From assembly GCA_012797175.1 (NCBI GenBank), contig JAAZPQ010000194.1, forward strand, positions 294 to 64,293: a DNA stretch of 64,000 bases, read 5' to 3'. The position numbers and the translations under genes are program-made. This DNA comes from Bacillota bacterium (lineage in GTDB: Bacteria > Bacillota > Dethiobacteria > DTU022). How positions within the stretch are numbered: the stretch's first letter is position 1; each line of letters starts with the position of its first letter. Shown here one piece after another: positions 48,896 to 58,432 of this stretch. The notes under the pieces are model-generated. The model worked only from the letters and a program-made list of their open reading frames with translations. It ran no database searches and was not told the DNA's origin.

Positions 48896-50131
48896 TTGAG
48901 GAGCAGAAATGCGATGCTGTTCACAGCGGTATGGATCATTCTGGGGACAGCGGCCCTGCTTTACCTGGGTTCTATTCTTGTCGGCATGCTGGCGGCTGCC
49001 CCCGGGAGCGATGCGGTGGAGCGTTATTTCAGCGAGCCTTTTCTTGCTCGTGCCGCGGCCTACCAAAAAGCCGTCCTGACCGTCTTTTTGCTACAGCAGG
49101 TGCTCTACCTGGTTTTTCTGGTCGCTGTTGCCTATACCGCCCTGTGCTATTTCCAGGCCGCACCACGGCTCTCTCTGCCCGCTGCAGCGGGCTATATCCT
49201 GCTCTTTTTAATTGCAGCCCAACTGATAAACCTGCCTTTCGATTTCTATCGCGGGTCTATCATCGAACGGCGCTTTGGCCTATCCGCTCAAGCGGTGGCC
49301 GGATGGTTTACTGATTACGGCAAAAGCGCCCTCATCAGCCTGCTGCTCTCCGCGGTTGCGCTAACCGGTCTCTACGTTCTCATCACCTGGCGCCCGGCAC
49401 ACTGGTGGTTCTTTGCCGGGACAGCTTTTGCCCTTTTTCTGATCCTGGGCAGTTATCTATATCCGTTACTAATCGACCCTCTTTTCTACCGCTTTACAGA
49501 GCTGGAAGACCGGCAGCTGCAAGAGGAGATCATGAAGATCTCCAGTAAGGCGGGCCTTGAGGTGGAGCGCATCCTCGTCGCTGATGCCAGCCGCCGTACC
49601 CATAAAGCGAATGCTTACTTTAGCGGGATTGGCGGAACCAAGCGGATTGTGATCTACGATAATTTACTGGAGCGCTTTACCCCTGAAGAGGTGCTTGCGG
49701 TGATCGCCCATGAGATGGGGCACTGGCGCTACGGGCACCTCTGGCGGGGACTGTTGATCAGCGCCGCCGGCTCATTTGTTGCCTTTTACGCTCTGCAGCT
49801 AATCCTGCAGAAGGTGGGGCTACATGCTGATTTCAGAGCCCTGCCGTTAATCTTACTTTTCTTCGCCCTACTCTCTCTGGCCGCAGTCCCGGCTCAAAAT
49901 GCGCTTTCGCGGTGCCGTGAACAAGAAGCAGATCGCTATGCTTTTGCTCTCATTGGGGACCCGGCGCCCTTTGTTTCACTTTATCAAAAGCTGGCCCGGA
50001 CCAACCTCTCGGTAGTGCAGCCCCATCCCCTTTTAAAGGCGGCGCTTTACACCCATCCTCCGTTGATGGAGCGTATTGAAGCAGCACAGCAGGAGGCGGT
50101 GGAGAGAGGGGAGGATGGTAAAAGAGAGTAG
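48896..50131 (+). CDS. M48-family zinc metallopeptidase (HtpX/Ste24-like), membrane-bound
   Basis: HEMGHW (HExxH) plus N-terminal TM helices. The start is either 48896 (TTG) or ATG 48914. Confidence 0.75.
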   Translation: MRSRNAMLFTAVWIILGTAALLYLGSILVGMLAAAPGSDAVERYFSEPFLARAAAYQKAVLTVFLLQQVLYLVFLVAVAYTALCYFQAAPRLSLPAAAGYILLFLIAAQLINLPFDFYRGSIIERRFGLSAQAVAGWFTDYGKSALISLLLSAVALTGLYVLITWRPAHWWFFAGTAFALFLILGSYLYPLLIDPLFYRFTELEDRQLQEEIMKISSKAGLEVERILVADASRRTHKANAYFSGIGGTKRIVIYDNLLERFTPEEVLAVIAHEMGHWRYGHLWRGLLISAAGSFVAFYALQLILQKVGLHADFRALPLILLFFALLSLAAVPAQNALSRCREQEADRYAFALIGDPAPFVSLYQKLARTNLSVVQPHPLLKAALYTHPPLMERIEAAQQEAVERGEDGKRE

Positions 50132-50176
50132 GGCTGTGCCACAGCTCTACCGGTTACATGACTAAGGAGGCTTTTT

Positions 50177-50917
50177 ATGAAATTGACCGTGCTTGGATGT
50201 TGCGGGCCTTATCCCGCAGCGGGCGGGGCCTGCTCGGGCTACCTTTTGGAAGAGGACGGATACCGGGTTTTGATTGACTGCGGCAACGGTGTCTTAAGCC
50301 GGCTACAGCAGCATCTGAAATCCTGGGAGCTGGAGGCGGTGCTACTTTCGCACCTGCATTTTGATCATACCGCCGACCTGATGGTGTTGCGCTACGCCCT
50401 GGACTATGCCCGGGCCCGGGGTTTGCGCCTTCGGCCGCTGCCGCTTTACTCGCCCTCGGAGCCGGCTTCTGAATTCCGGAGGTTGCTCTACAAAGAGCTC
50501 TTCGAACCGGTTCCGATAAGTGCTGGTGAGACGTTGTCGCTGGGGCCGTTTTTCTTAACATTCCTGGAGACGATCCATTCCTTACCTTGCCTGGCCATGC
50601 GTATCGAGACAGAAAAAGGTGTTCTGGTTTACTCCGGGGATACCGAATACTTTGACGGGCTAGCTGGGTTTGCCGCCGGTGCCGATCTTTTTCTCTGTGA
50701 AGCCAACTTTCAAGAAGAGGATATGGCACAGTCTCCCGCAAACCATCTTTCAGCAGCTGGCGCAGCCCGTCTCGCCGCCCGCGCTGGTGTAAGCAGGCTT
50801 TTGCTGACCCATTTTCACCCCGAGCGCCAGCTGGCGCTCTCCCTTGAAGAGGCCCGGAAAAACTTCGCGGCGGCGGAGTTGGCGCAGGAAGGGGAATCTT
50901 ACCGGGTTGCCAGGTAA
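50177..50917 (+). CDS. MBL-fold metallo-hydrolase (RNase Z/BN-like, short form)
   Basis: LSHLHFDHTADL HxHxDH motif; 246 aa. Confidence 0.7.
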   Translation: MKLTVLGCCGPYPAAGGACSGYLLEEDGYRVLIDCGNGVLSRLQQHLKSWELEAVLLSHLHFDHTADLMVLRYALDYARARGLRLRPLPLYSPSEPASEFRRLLYKELFEPVPISAGETLSLGPFFLTFLETIHSLPCLAMRIETEKGVLVYSGDTEYFDGLAGFAAGADLFLCEANFQEEDMAQSPANHLSAAGAARLAARAGVSRLLLTHFHPERQLALSLEEARKNFAAAELAQEGESYRVAR

Positions 50918-51094
50918 AAGAAAGGCCGCCAGCGCGCTTGCTAACGGTTAAAGTTCAGGTTAGCTTACCGGCAAAGAAGGAAAGGCAAATAAAGAGTATA
51001 TCTGATGAGATAATTTTTATTAAGCAGGAATTGGCGAACTTTTGTTGAAGTTAAAACTTAGTTGAAGTTACTGGGTACAAGTAAGTAATTTACG

Positions 51095-51250
51095 GGATTT
51101 AGTTCAGGGAAGCCGGTGCAAATCCGGCGCGGTCCCGCCACTGTGAGGGGAATCGGCCCTGCATGATGCCACTGTCACTATTGGATGATGGGAAGGCGCA
51201 GTGCTGAAAAGAACCCAAGCCAGGAGACCTACTATTTCCCGCTGGTTACA
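51095..51250 (+). promoter_or_regulatory. Cobalamin (adenosylcobalamin/B12) riboswitch aptamer
   Basis: The conserved blocks are readable in order: AGGGAAG, GGTGCAAATCC, CCCGCCACTGTGA (B12 box), GGGAAGGC and GCCAGGAGACCT. A possible promoter lies upstream: -35 TTGAAG near 51062 and -10 TAATTT near 51086. Confidence 0.85.
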
Positions 51251-51313
51251 CTGCTCTACGCGAGATGGGGAAGTGGTCTTTTTGTTTGAGCGATTCTGCT
51301 TGGGCAACTCTTG

Positions 51314-51343
51314 CCCCGTTTCTGCATAGAGACGGGGCTTTTT
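51314..51343 (+). terminator. Intrinsic terminator, likely the riboswitch expression platform
   Basis: ccccgt / acgggg stem with a 12-nt loop, followed by CTTTTT. Confidence 0.5.
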
Positions 51344-51412
51344 AATGGCTCTGTGCTGAGGTGAAATCGAAAGTTTTATTAAAGCGTACCGGTTAAACCC
51401 ATAAGGTGCTTA

Positions 51413-51450
51413 GGGGCGGGCGAGTTCCCCTGCACCCGCCCCGCTTTTTT
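51413..51450 (+). terminator. Second strong GC-rich hairpin plus T-tract in the riboswitch leader
   Basis: ggggcgggcg ... cacccgcccc stem followed by GCTTTTTT. Confidence 0.55.
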
Positions 51451-51548
51451 AGAGCTGACCGTCGCCCGGGGAGGAAGCGTTTTTTGATCTTTCAGCTAAA
51501 TTGTTGAAGCAGGATCTCTAACCGGTAAAGACCAGGGGAGTGAAGATA

Positions 51549-52286
51549 ATGAAACGGACTTATCTAGTACCGCTACTGCTGCTGTTGTTGGCGGGATTGG
51601 CGATCCCGCTGTGGTATTCCGTCGGGAGGGGTGGTGAGCAAAACGAGGCTCCGGCGGCGGAGGAGTACCTTTTGGAGAATAAACTTCAAATACCAGATGG
51701 TGGCGAGGCCGAACCTTCCCTCGAAGTTAAAGGGGAAGCCGGAACCGCACTCTCAGAAAAGGTGGAGAAAGCCGGACCGTCTCCGGAAGAGCCATCAACG
51801 GATAGGCCATCCCCGGAACAAAAAAATAAGCCACAGGCCAAGAAGCGGTCCGCCCTGAAAAGCTCTCCTTCTTCTCCCGGGCAATCAAGTAGCGTTTCTC
51901 CGAAAAAAGAAAAAAATGAGGGCTCTTCTGCAGACCGCGTTATCTGCACAGTGCAAATGAAGATTTTCGGTCAGGGAGGCAAACTGCTTTATGGGCCCAA
52001 CCGCGTCGATATCAAGGAAGGTAACCGGTGGGGAGCCACGGTTTTAGGCGCCCTAGAGGCGGCGGACGGGGTTTCTTATAATTTAAAAGAATATAGCTAT
52101 GGCCCTTATGTCGAATCGATTTATGACCTGGAGGCTAAAGGTATGTCCGGCTGGATGTACCAGGTAAATGACAAGAAAGGTGCTGTCGGGGCTGACAAAC
52201 ATGCTCTTCAATCGGACGATCGTATCATCTGGTGGTACAGTGAAAGTTATGATCAACCAGTACCAAGATGGCAAGATCTTCCATAA
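51549..52286 (+). CDS. Secreted DUF4430-domain protein, a putative cobalamin-binding accessory protein
   Basis: Signal peptide, Pro/Ser/Lys/Glu low-complexity linker, and a C-terminal domain (ICTVQMKIFGQGGKLLYGP...GWMYQVNDKKG...IIWWYSE) typical of DUF4430. ATG 51549 follows AGGGGAG. Confidence 0.6.
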   Translation: MKRTYLVPLLLLLLAGLAIPLWYSVGRGGEQNEAPAAEEYLLENKLQIPDGGEAEPSLEVKGEAGTALSEKVEKAGPSPEEPSTDRPSPEQKNKPQAKKRSALKSSPSSPGQSSSVSPKKEKNEGSSADRVICTVQMKIFGQGGKLLYGPNRVDIKEGNRWGATVLGALEAADGVSYNLKEYSYGPYVESIYDLEAKGMSGWMYQVNDKKGAVGADKHALQSDDRIIWWYSESYDQPVPRWQDLP

Positions 52287-52378
52287 CACCAGGCAGATCG
52301 ATCAAGCTAGCTTTTAACCACACCACCGTCGTGGCGGTTGTAGTTAGGTAGTTTAAAATCTGGGGAAAGGATCAGTTT

Positions 52379-53308
52379 ATGCTCGAGAATTTTTGCTATA
52401 AGCATAAGGGCGCATTTTTGCAAACTCTTCACCCGGTAGCGGCATTGACTTACCTGGCGGCATTGCTGCTGCGCCCCCTGATCTTCAACCACCCGCTTTA
52501 CCTGGTGGGCATACTGCTGGCCTCTCTGCTCGCCGCTGTGGTTTCAGATGCACTTGGCGAATGGTTTTCATATTTTACGGTGGGGCTATGGATGGCAGCT
52601 CTAGTGCTCTTTCTGAACCCCCTGCTTTGCCAGAGCGGGGAGACGGTCCTTTTGTCCCTGCCTTCTCTGCCGCTAATCGGAAGACGTTTTTTTACCCTGG
52701 AAGCGCTCTGCTACGGTGCGGCCATGGGTATACGGCTACTGGGTGTGATCACCGCTTTCGCTCTTTACAATACCCTGGTGCATCCCGATAAAGTCACCGG
52801 CCTTTTATCTCGTTTTGCCTGGAAATCGGCGCTGGTAGTCTCTATGTCGACACGGATGATCCCGGCGCTGGCCCGGGATCTAGCCGCCGCCCGGGAGGTC
52901 CAGCAGATGCGGGGGGTTGACTTCAGCTCGGGAAACTTGCGGCAGCGGCTGCAGAAATACGGTTGGCTGTTGGAGCTGCTGCTGGTCTCTTCCCTGGAAG
53001 GCTCTCTCCAGACAGCGGAAGCCATGCAGGCGCGGGCTTTTGGCTGCGGTCCTCGTAGCCATTATCGTCATGAATTGGTTCGCCCCAGGGATTATCTTTG
53101 CTTTCTAAGCGGTCTTTTTGCCCTGTTGCTCTCGGTTTATGCCCGGGTGCGGGGTTATTCTGCTTTCTCTTTTTATCCAAAGCTTGCTCAACCGGCCGCC
53201 GGAAATATCGTTCTTTTCTGGTTTCTTATGCTCATGTTCTGTTTGCTTTTTCCTTCAATCCTCGCTTGGGGGTGGCAACGCTGGCCTTTTTTGAGATCCA
53301 GGATTTAA
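52379..53308 (+). CDS. Energy-coupling factor transporter transmembrane (T) component (EcfT/CbiQ family)
   Basis: Polytopic protein with the EcfT-like coupling region (...SRMIPALARDLAAAREVQQMRG). It lies upstream of the duplicated ATPase. Confidence 0.7.
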   Translation: MLENFCYKHKGAFLQTLHPVAALTYLAALLLRPLIFNHPLYLVGILLASLLAAVVSDALGEWFSYFTVGLWMAALVLFLNPLLCQSGETVLLSLPSLPLIGRRFFTLEALCYGAAMGIRLLGVITAFALYNTLVHPDKVTGLLSRFAWKSALVVSMSTRMIPALARDLAAAREVQQMRGVDFSSGNLRQRLQKYGWLLELLLVSSLEGSLQTAEAMQARAFGCGPRSHYRHELVRPRDYLCFLSGLFALLLSVYARVRGYSAFSFYPKLAQPAAGNIVLFWFLMLMFCLLFPSILAWGWQRWPFLRSRI

Positions 53309-54969
53309 CTTACTATTACCCTACCCGCGATAAACCGTCATTGGACCAGATCAACCTGCAGATATCCGAAGGTGAGTTTCTTCTAGTTACCGGGTGCTCC
53401 GGCTCGGGGAAGTCAACCCTGGCCCGTCTGATCGCCGGGTTAATTCCTGAATTTTACGGCGGGAGGCTGCAGGGGAAGGTCTTGCTGCGCGGGGTAAAGC
53501 TTCAGGGCAGGCAGCGCAGCGCCTTGCATACCGAGGTGGGCATTGTTTTTCAAGATCCGGAGCGGCAGCTGGTGATGACCTCGGTCGAAGCGGAGATCGC
53601 CTTCGGTCTTGAAAACCTGGGGCTCCCCCGGCCGGAGATGTTCCGGCGCGTCGCTGAAGTGATGACCTTTTTAAACCTTTTGCCGCTGCGCGATCAATTT
53701 ACTGCCGCCCTTTCCGGGGGGGAGAAACAGAAGCTAGTTCTCGGCTCTGTCATCGCCATGCATCCGCGAATTCTTGTTTTGGATGAGCCGACCTCTCAGC
53801 TTGATCCGGTTGCGGCAACAGATATTTTTAACCTCGTTGAATCCTTGAATCGCGAGATGGGCTATACCGTAATTTTAATCGAGCAGCGCCTGGAGAGATG
53901 TTTTCACCTGGCCGACCGCCTGGTTGTGATGGAAGAGGGAAAAATCATCTGCGATCAGGCCCCGGGTGAGGCTGCCCGCTGGCAGGTGAAAGAGGGTTTA
54001 CCTTTTATACCGCCGGTAGCCCGGTTTTTTGCTGCTCTTTCTCCCGGGTCCGACTCCCCAATCCCCCTGACCGTAAGAGAAGGGCGCCGGGAACTGCAAA
54101 ACAGGTTGCCGTCTTTTCCGCCCCGGGTGAACAAGCGGGATTGTCGAAAAAAATCTTCAGCGCAGGAGCAACAGAAGCCTTTACTTCTCCAGGCGCGTGG
54201 TCTCTGGTATGCCTATCCGAACGGCCCGGAGGCAGTGAGGGGGTTATCTTTGCAGATAAGAGAGGGGGAGCTGGTTGCCGTCATCGGTCCCAACGCCTCC
54301 GGGAAAAGCACCCTCTTGAAGCTGTTAGCGGGGATAATCAAGCCGGACCGGGGGACGGTGCAGCTGCAAGGGATAAACACCCGCAACCTGCCGCCGTCTG
54401 AAATGGGGCGTAATATCGGCTATCTCTCTCAAAACCCAAATGATTACCTGACCCGGGATACAGTGGAGGATGAGTTGAAATTTACGCTAGAGAACTTTAA
54501 CCTGCCGGATAACGGTATCGGCATTAAAATATTACAACGGCTTGGGCTTGACCACCTCCGGCAGGCCAACCCCAGGGACCTGAGCAGTGGTGAGCGCCAG
54601 CGGGTGGCCTTAGCCTCTATCCTGGTGACGGAGCCGCCGCTGCTACTGCTCGACGAGCCCACCCGGGGGATCGATTGCCGCTTGAAAATAGGGCTCGGCA
54701 GCCTGCTCCAAGAGATAGCCTCTTCCGGTAGGACGGTTGTAGTAGTGACCCATGATCTGGAATTCGCCGTGGAATATGCCGCCAGGGTGGTAATGCTCTG
54801 TGACGGGAAGGTAGCCTGTGACGGCCCCCGGCAAATTCTCGGGGACTCTATTTTTTATGCGCCTCAAATGGCCCGACTGTTCCGGGGCCAGGCCGAGGGT
54901 ATTCTGACTGTTGATGAAGCTCTTGCCATTATGCAGGGGGGTGGCGCCGGTGCCTGTCAGGACGCTTAA
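53272..54969 (+). CDS. Fused duplicated ECF transporter ATPase (EcfA-EcfA')
   Basis: Two ABC cassettes with Walker A GCSGSGKST and GPNASGKST, signatures LSGGEKQK and LSSGERQR, and Walker B LVLDEP and LLLDEP. The start is uncertain: GTG 53272 overlaps the end of ecfT, and the ORF track starts at 53098. Confidence 0.75.
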   Translation: MATLAFFEIQDLTYYYPTRDKPSLDQINLQISEGEFLLVTGCSGSGKSTLARLIAGLIPEFYGGRLQGKVLLRGVKLQGRQRSALHTEVGIVFQDPERQLVMTSVEAEIAFGLENLGLPRPEMFRRVAEVMTFLNLLPLRDQFTAALSGGEKQKLVLGSVIAMHPRILVLDEPTSQLDPVAATDIFNLVESLNREMGYTVILIEQRLERCFHLADRLVVMEEGKIICDQAPGEAARWQVKEGLPFIPPVARFFAALSPGSDSPIPLTVREGRRELQNRLPSFPPRVNKRDCRKKSSAQEQQKPLLLQARGLWYAYPNGPEAVRGLSLQIREGELVAVIGPNASGKSTLLKLLAGIIKPDRGTVQLQGINTRNLPPSEMGRNIGYLSQNPNDYLTRDTVEDELKFTLENFNLPDNGIGIKILQRLGLDHLRQANPRDLSSGERQRVALASILVTEPPLLLLDEPTRGIDCRLKIGLGSLLQEIASSGRTVVVVTHDLEFAVEYAARVVMLCDGKVACDGPRQILGDSIFYAPQMARLFRGQAEGILTVDEALAIMQGGGAGACQDA

Positions 54970-55669
54970 CCGGCTGGCCAGGATAGCCGCTGCCGTCCTT
55001 CTGACAGCCGGAGTTTTGGCCCTGGCCAGCTGGCAGTTGCGCTTTATTCTTCAGCACTGGGCGGTTTTTGCCCTGCTTCTGCTTCTAGCTGCGCTGGTGC
55101 TCTTTTTCATTCATTTTGAAAAGAGTACGCTCTCCTCGCGGGAAGTGGGGCTGATCTCTATTCTGGCCACCCTGGCTGCTGTTAGCCGGGTGCCTTTTGC
55201 TGCACTCCCCAGCATCCAGCCGACTACCTTTTTAACGATTGTTTCAGGCTATGTTTTCGGGGCGCAAGCGGGTTTCATGGTCGGAGCCGTTGGAGCGCTG
55301 GGATCAAATTTCTTTCTGGGCCAGGGTCCTTGGACTCCCTTCCAGATGCTTTTCTGGGGTTTGGCCGGGGCGAGTGCCGGAGCGCTGGGAAAATATTTTC
55401 CCGATGTTAGCCGCGTGGGTATGACTATTTTCAGTGCCTCCTGGGGCTTCCTTTTTGGTTGGTTGATGAACTTATTTTTTGTCGTCTGCTTTATCGAGCC
55501 GCTGACCTGGTCATCTATTCTTCTGGCCTATGCTGCCAGCTTTCTATTTGACTGCATGCATGCCTTTGGTAATGTTTGCTTTTACTTGCTGTTAGGGCCT
55601 TCTGTGATCAAAGTGCTACAGCGCTTTAAAGCGAAGATCACTTATACGGAGAGTCAGGTTCCAGGGTGA
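54941..55669 (+). CDS. ECF transporter substrate-specific (S) component, putatively cobalamin-specific (CbrT-like)
   Basis: About 240 aa, six TM helices, the last gene of the riboswitch-controlled operon. The start is 54911, 54941 or 54950; a G-rich RBS lies at 54934-54940. Confidence 0.55.
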   Translation: MAPVPVRTLNRLARIAAAVLLTAGVLALASWQLRFILQHWAVFALLLLLAALVLFFIHFEKSTLSSREVGLISILATLAAVSRVPFAALPSIQPTTFLTIVSGYVFGAQAGFMVGAVGALGSNFFLGQGPWTPFQMLFWGLAGASAGALGKYFPDVSRVGMTIFSASWGFLFGWLMNLFFVVCFIEPLTWSSILLAYAASFLFDCMHAFGNVCFYLLLGPSVIKVLQRFKAKITYTESQVPG

Positions 55670-55770
55670 CCGTTTTGAGTGCGCCAGGGCGGTCCAAGCC
55701 TATTGATGGAGAACAATACTTCAAATACCGGATGGAAAATTAAACGCTGTTCGTTTGAAACATTTTAAAG

Positions 55771-56676
55771 TTAATCTTTATCGGCCAGTGCCTTGACGAT
55801 TCGCCCGGCCAGCATGCCAATCAGGCAGGTCGCCTCTTCCTGAACAGGGGGGTATTCCACCACAATGGTCAGGGCCAGCGGCGGCCGGTGGGGAAAATAA
55901 AGCAGGGCCATATCGCCGATAAGATCACTGACCGTGCCGACCTTGTTGGCTACTACCACCCGATCCTTGATGAAGCGCCCGATCCGTCCCTTGTCTACAG
56001 TTGCAGCCATCATCTTGATCCCTTTACGGGTAAGTTGCTCCCCGGCTACTTTTCTATTTTGCAAGGCCAGCAGCATCTGCGTCAGCTCGTAAGCGGTGGC
56101 CACGTTTGAAGGAAGCCCCGACTCAAGATCATAGATCTTCCGGGTGAAGGCGCTATCCTTAAGGCCAAGTCTTTCCGCCGTGGCGGCGCAGCCCGCCGCT
56201 CCGATCTGTTCAAAGATAATATTTGTGGCCACATTGTCGCTAAGGCTGATCATTAGGCCGAGGAGCTCTTCGAAGGTATAGATGTTTCCCGCAGTAACAA
56301 ATTGTAGTATTCCCGTTCCGGTAACCGGGGTTTTGCCAGCATATTTATCGCTTTCTTGAAGAACATAAGGGCTCTCCAGCGATAACTTCCCTTGCTCAAC
56401 CTGCTCCAGTGCGGCCAGCAAAAGCAGCGTCTTGATCATGCTGGCCGGGTAGAGCCGCCGGTGTGCTTCCAGCTCGGCTCGTTCTCCCGTGGCAAAGTCG
56501 TAGAGGCAGAGCCTGGTTTGCAGAGTGTTTACGGCAACCTGCTTATGCAGATCTTCTTCCAGATCGACGATAGCAGCCGCTTCTCTCCGGCAAGGCGGGT
56601 GCTGTTGCGGCCATTGTTTAAAAATCCAGGAAGGAACAGTCGCTGAGTTCAAGTAGTGCGCTTGCCTTTCCGTCAA
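55771..56676 (-). CDS. Class A beta-lactamase-like serine hydrolase (no signal peptide)
   Basis: SMIK (SxxK), SDN and a KVG(T) triad variant; 301 aa. Confidence 0.55.
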   Translation of the reverse strand: MTERQAHYLNSATVPSWIFKQWPQQHPPCRREAAAIVDLEEDLHKQVAVNTLQTRLCLYDFATGERAELEAHRRLYPASMIKTLLLLAALEQVEQGKLSLESPYVLQESDKYAGKTPVTGTGILQFVTAGNIYTFEELLGLMISLSDNVATNIIFEQIGAAGCAATAERLGLKDSAFTRKIYDLESGLPSNVATAYELTQMLLALQNRKVAGEQLTRKGIKMMAATVDKGRIGRFIKDRVVVANKVGTVSDLIGDMALLYFPHRPPLALTIVVEYPPVQEEATCLIGMLAGRIVKALADKD

Positions 56677-56874
56677 AGAAGATATCCCTCCAGATGATTA
56701 GTAAAGCTGTCCGGAGTTACGGGCGCCAATGCCAGAGTGATAGCGCGGTCGTGACGCCCTGGTTTATAATATATGTATCGGGGAGCTTTGAAATAATAAA
56801 AGGTTCTTAGATGTTTTGTGAAGGAGCCAACAAACAAGCCTCTGTTGTTCGGCATCTGTTTTCTTGTTTCTTGT

Positions 56875-56903
56875 TTGCCAAGGCGTCTTCTTTCTTGCTA
56901 TAA
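56875..56903 (+). promoter_or_regulatory. Putative sigma-A-type promoter for the selA operon
   Basis: -35 TTGCCA (56875-56880), a 17-nt spacer, then -10 TATAAT (56898-56903). Confidence 0.35.
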
Positions 56904-56940
56904 TCTTATAAGCAATTAAATTTTGAAACGGAGGTTGCCC

Positions 56941-58371
56941 GTGGCTGATTTACACCCTATCCTGCGCGAGTTGCCTGCGGTGGACCGGTTGCTGAAGGAA
57001 CCGGCTCTTGGTGAATTGCTCGAGCGGTTACCGCGCCGGTTGGTTCTGGCCGCGGCCCAGGAAACACTGCAGTCTTATCGACAGAAAATTTACGCCAGCA
57101 GCAAAACCGGCCAACCTGTTACCGGCCTGGACCTTTCTCCCGCTGTGCTGGCCCGTGAAGCGGCGGCGCTGGCCCTGAGCCAGTCTACGCCGAGCCTGAG
57201 GCCGGTCATAAATGCTACCGGGGTTGTTCTCCATACCAACCTGGGGAGAGCACCCCTGGCCGCGGCGGCGGCGGAAGCGGTAGCTGGAATCATGGAGCAT
57301 TACTGCAACCTGGAGATCGACCTGGAAGAAGGCGTGCGCAGTTCACGGCAGGCCCATCTGGAGGGGCTGCTCTGTGATCTGACCGGAGCCGAAGCAGCGG
57401 TAGTGGTGAATAACAATGCCGCTGCCGTTTTTCTGCTTTTGAACAGCTGTGCGACTGGCAAAGAGGTGATTGTTTCGCGGGGGCAGCTGGTGGAGATCGG
57501 CGGCTCCTTCAGGCTTCCCGAGGTGATGGCGGCCAGCGGTGCCCGCCTCGTGGAGGTAGGGACAACGAATAAGACCTACATACGTGATTACGAGATGGCG
57601 ATTAGTGACGATACCGTAGCCCTGATGAAGGTTCATCCCAGCAATTATCACCTGGTTGGCTTTACCACTTCGGTTGAAACCGCTGACTTGGCCTCCCTGG
57701 CGCATGACCGTAATCTACTGGCCATCGAGGACCTGGGCAGCGGTCTCCTCTTTGATCTAACCAGGTACGGGCTTCCCCCGGAACCGCGCGTTCAAAATAG
57801 TATTGCCGCTGGGATAGACCTGGTTGCCTTTAGCGGGGATAAACTGCTTGGAGGGCCGCAGGCAGGGATCATTGTCGGGCGGCATGAGCTTATCCAGAGG
57901 ATCCGCAGTAACCAGTTGGCCCGGATGTTACGGGTGGATAAACTGACAGTGGCCGCTCTTGAAGCCACCCTGCGTCTTTATCTGGAAGAAGAGAAGGCGC
58001 TTCAAGAAATACCGGTCTGGCGAGCGCTGACGATGCCACTTTCCCAGCTGCTGGAGCGGGTCGAAACCCTGGCTGTACTACTTCAAGATTACTTTGGTAA
58101 AGAGGGGGTTATCCTCTGGGAAGGTAGCTCCCGGGTCGGCGGCGGCAGCCTGCCTACGGCGGAGCTGCCGACAGTACTTCTTTCTTTACAGGTGCCCCAC
58201 CTGGAATCATCCGAGCTGGCCAGGCGCCTGCGCTGCGGCGACCCGCCGGTGATGGTGCGGCTGCAGCAGGAGAGGTTGCTGCTGGATCTGCGCACGGTTA
58301 ATCCGGAGCAGGACGGATTGCTTCTTAAAGCCATTCTTGCCGCCGTGGGGATGGACGGTCCTGAGAAATGA
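56941..58371 (+). CDS. selA: L-seryl-tRNA(Sec) selenium transferase
   Basis: PAVDRLL N-terminus and the PLP-lysine motif SGDKLLGGPQAG. GTG 56941 follows GGAGG; the ORF track starts at 56923. Confidence 0.85.
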   Translation: MADLHPILRELPAVDRLLKEPALGELLERLPRRLVLAAAQETLQSYRQKIYASSKTGQPVTGLDLSPAVLAREAAALALSQSTPSLRPVINATGVVLHTNLGRAPLAAAAAEAVAGIMEHYCNLEIDLEEGVRSSRQAHLEGLLCDLTGAEAAVVVNNNAAAVFLLLNSCATGKEVIVSRGQLVEIGGSFRLPEVMAASGARLVEVGTTNKTYIRDYEMAISDDTVALMKVHPSNYHLVGFTTSVETADLASLAHDRNLLAIEDLGSGLLFDLTRYGLPPEPRVQNSIAAGIDLVAFSGDKLLGGPQAGIIVGRHELIQRIRSNQLARMLRVDKLTVAALEATLRLYLEEEKALQEIPVWRALTMPLSQLLERVETLAVLLQDYFGKEGVILWEGSSRVGGGSLPTAELPTVLLSLQVPHLESSELARRLRCGDPPVMVRLQQERLLLDLRTVNPEQDGLLLKAILAAVGMDGPEK

Positions 58372-58432
58372 TTGTGCTTCTAACTTTTATTTTATCCGGC
58401 TTACGGGAAACGAACATGAAAGGCTGATTGTT

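Noticed and set aside
51104-51307. A 67-aa minus-strand ORF overlapping the cobalamin riboswitch.
   Set aside because: It sits exactly on a highly structured, conserved RNA element, which explains the sequence better. No RBS.
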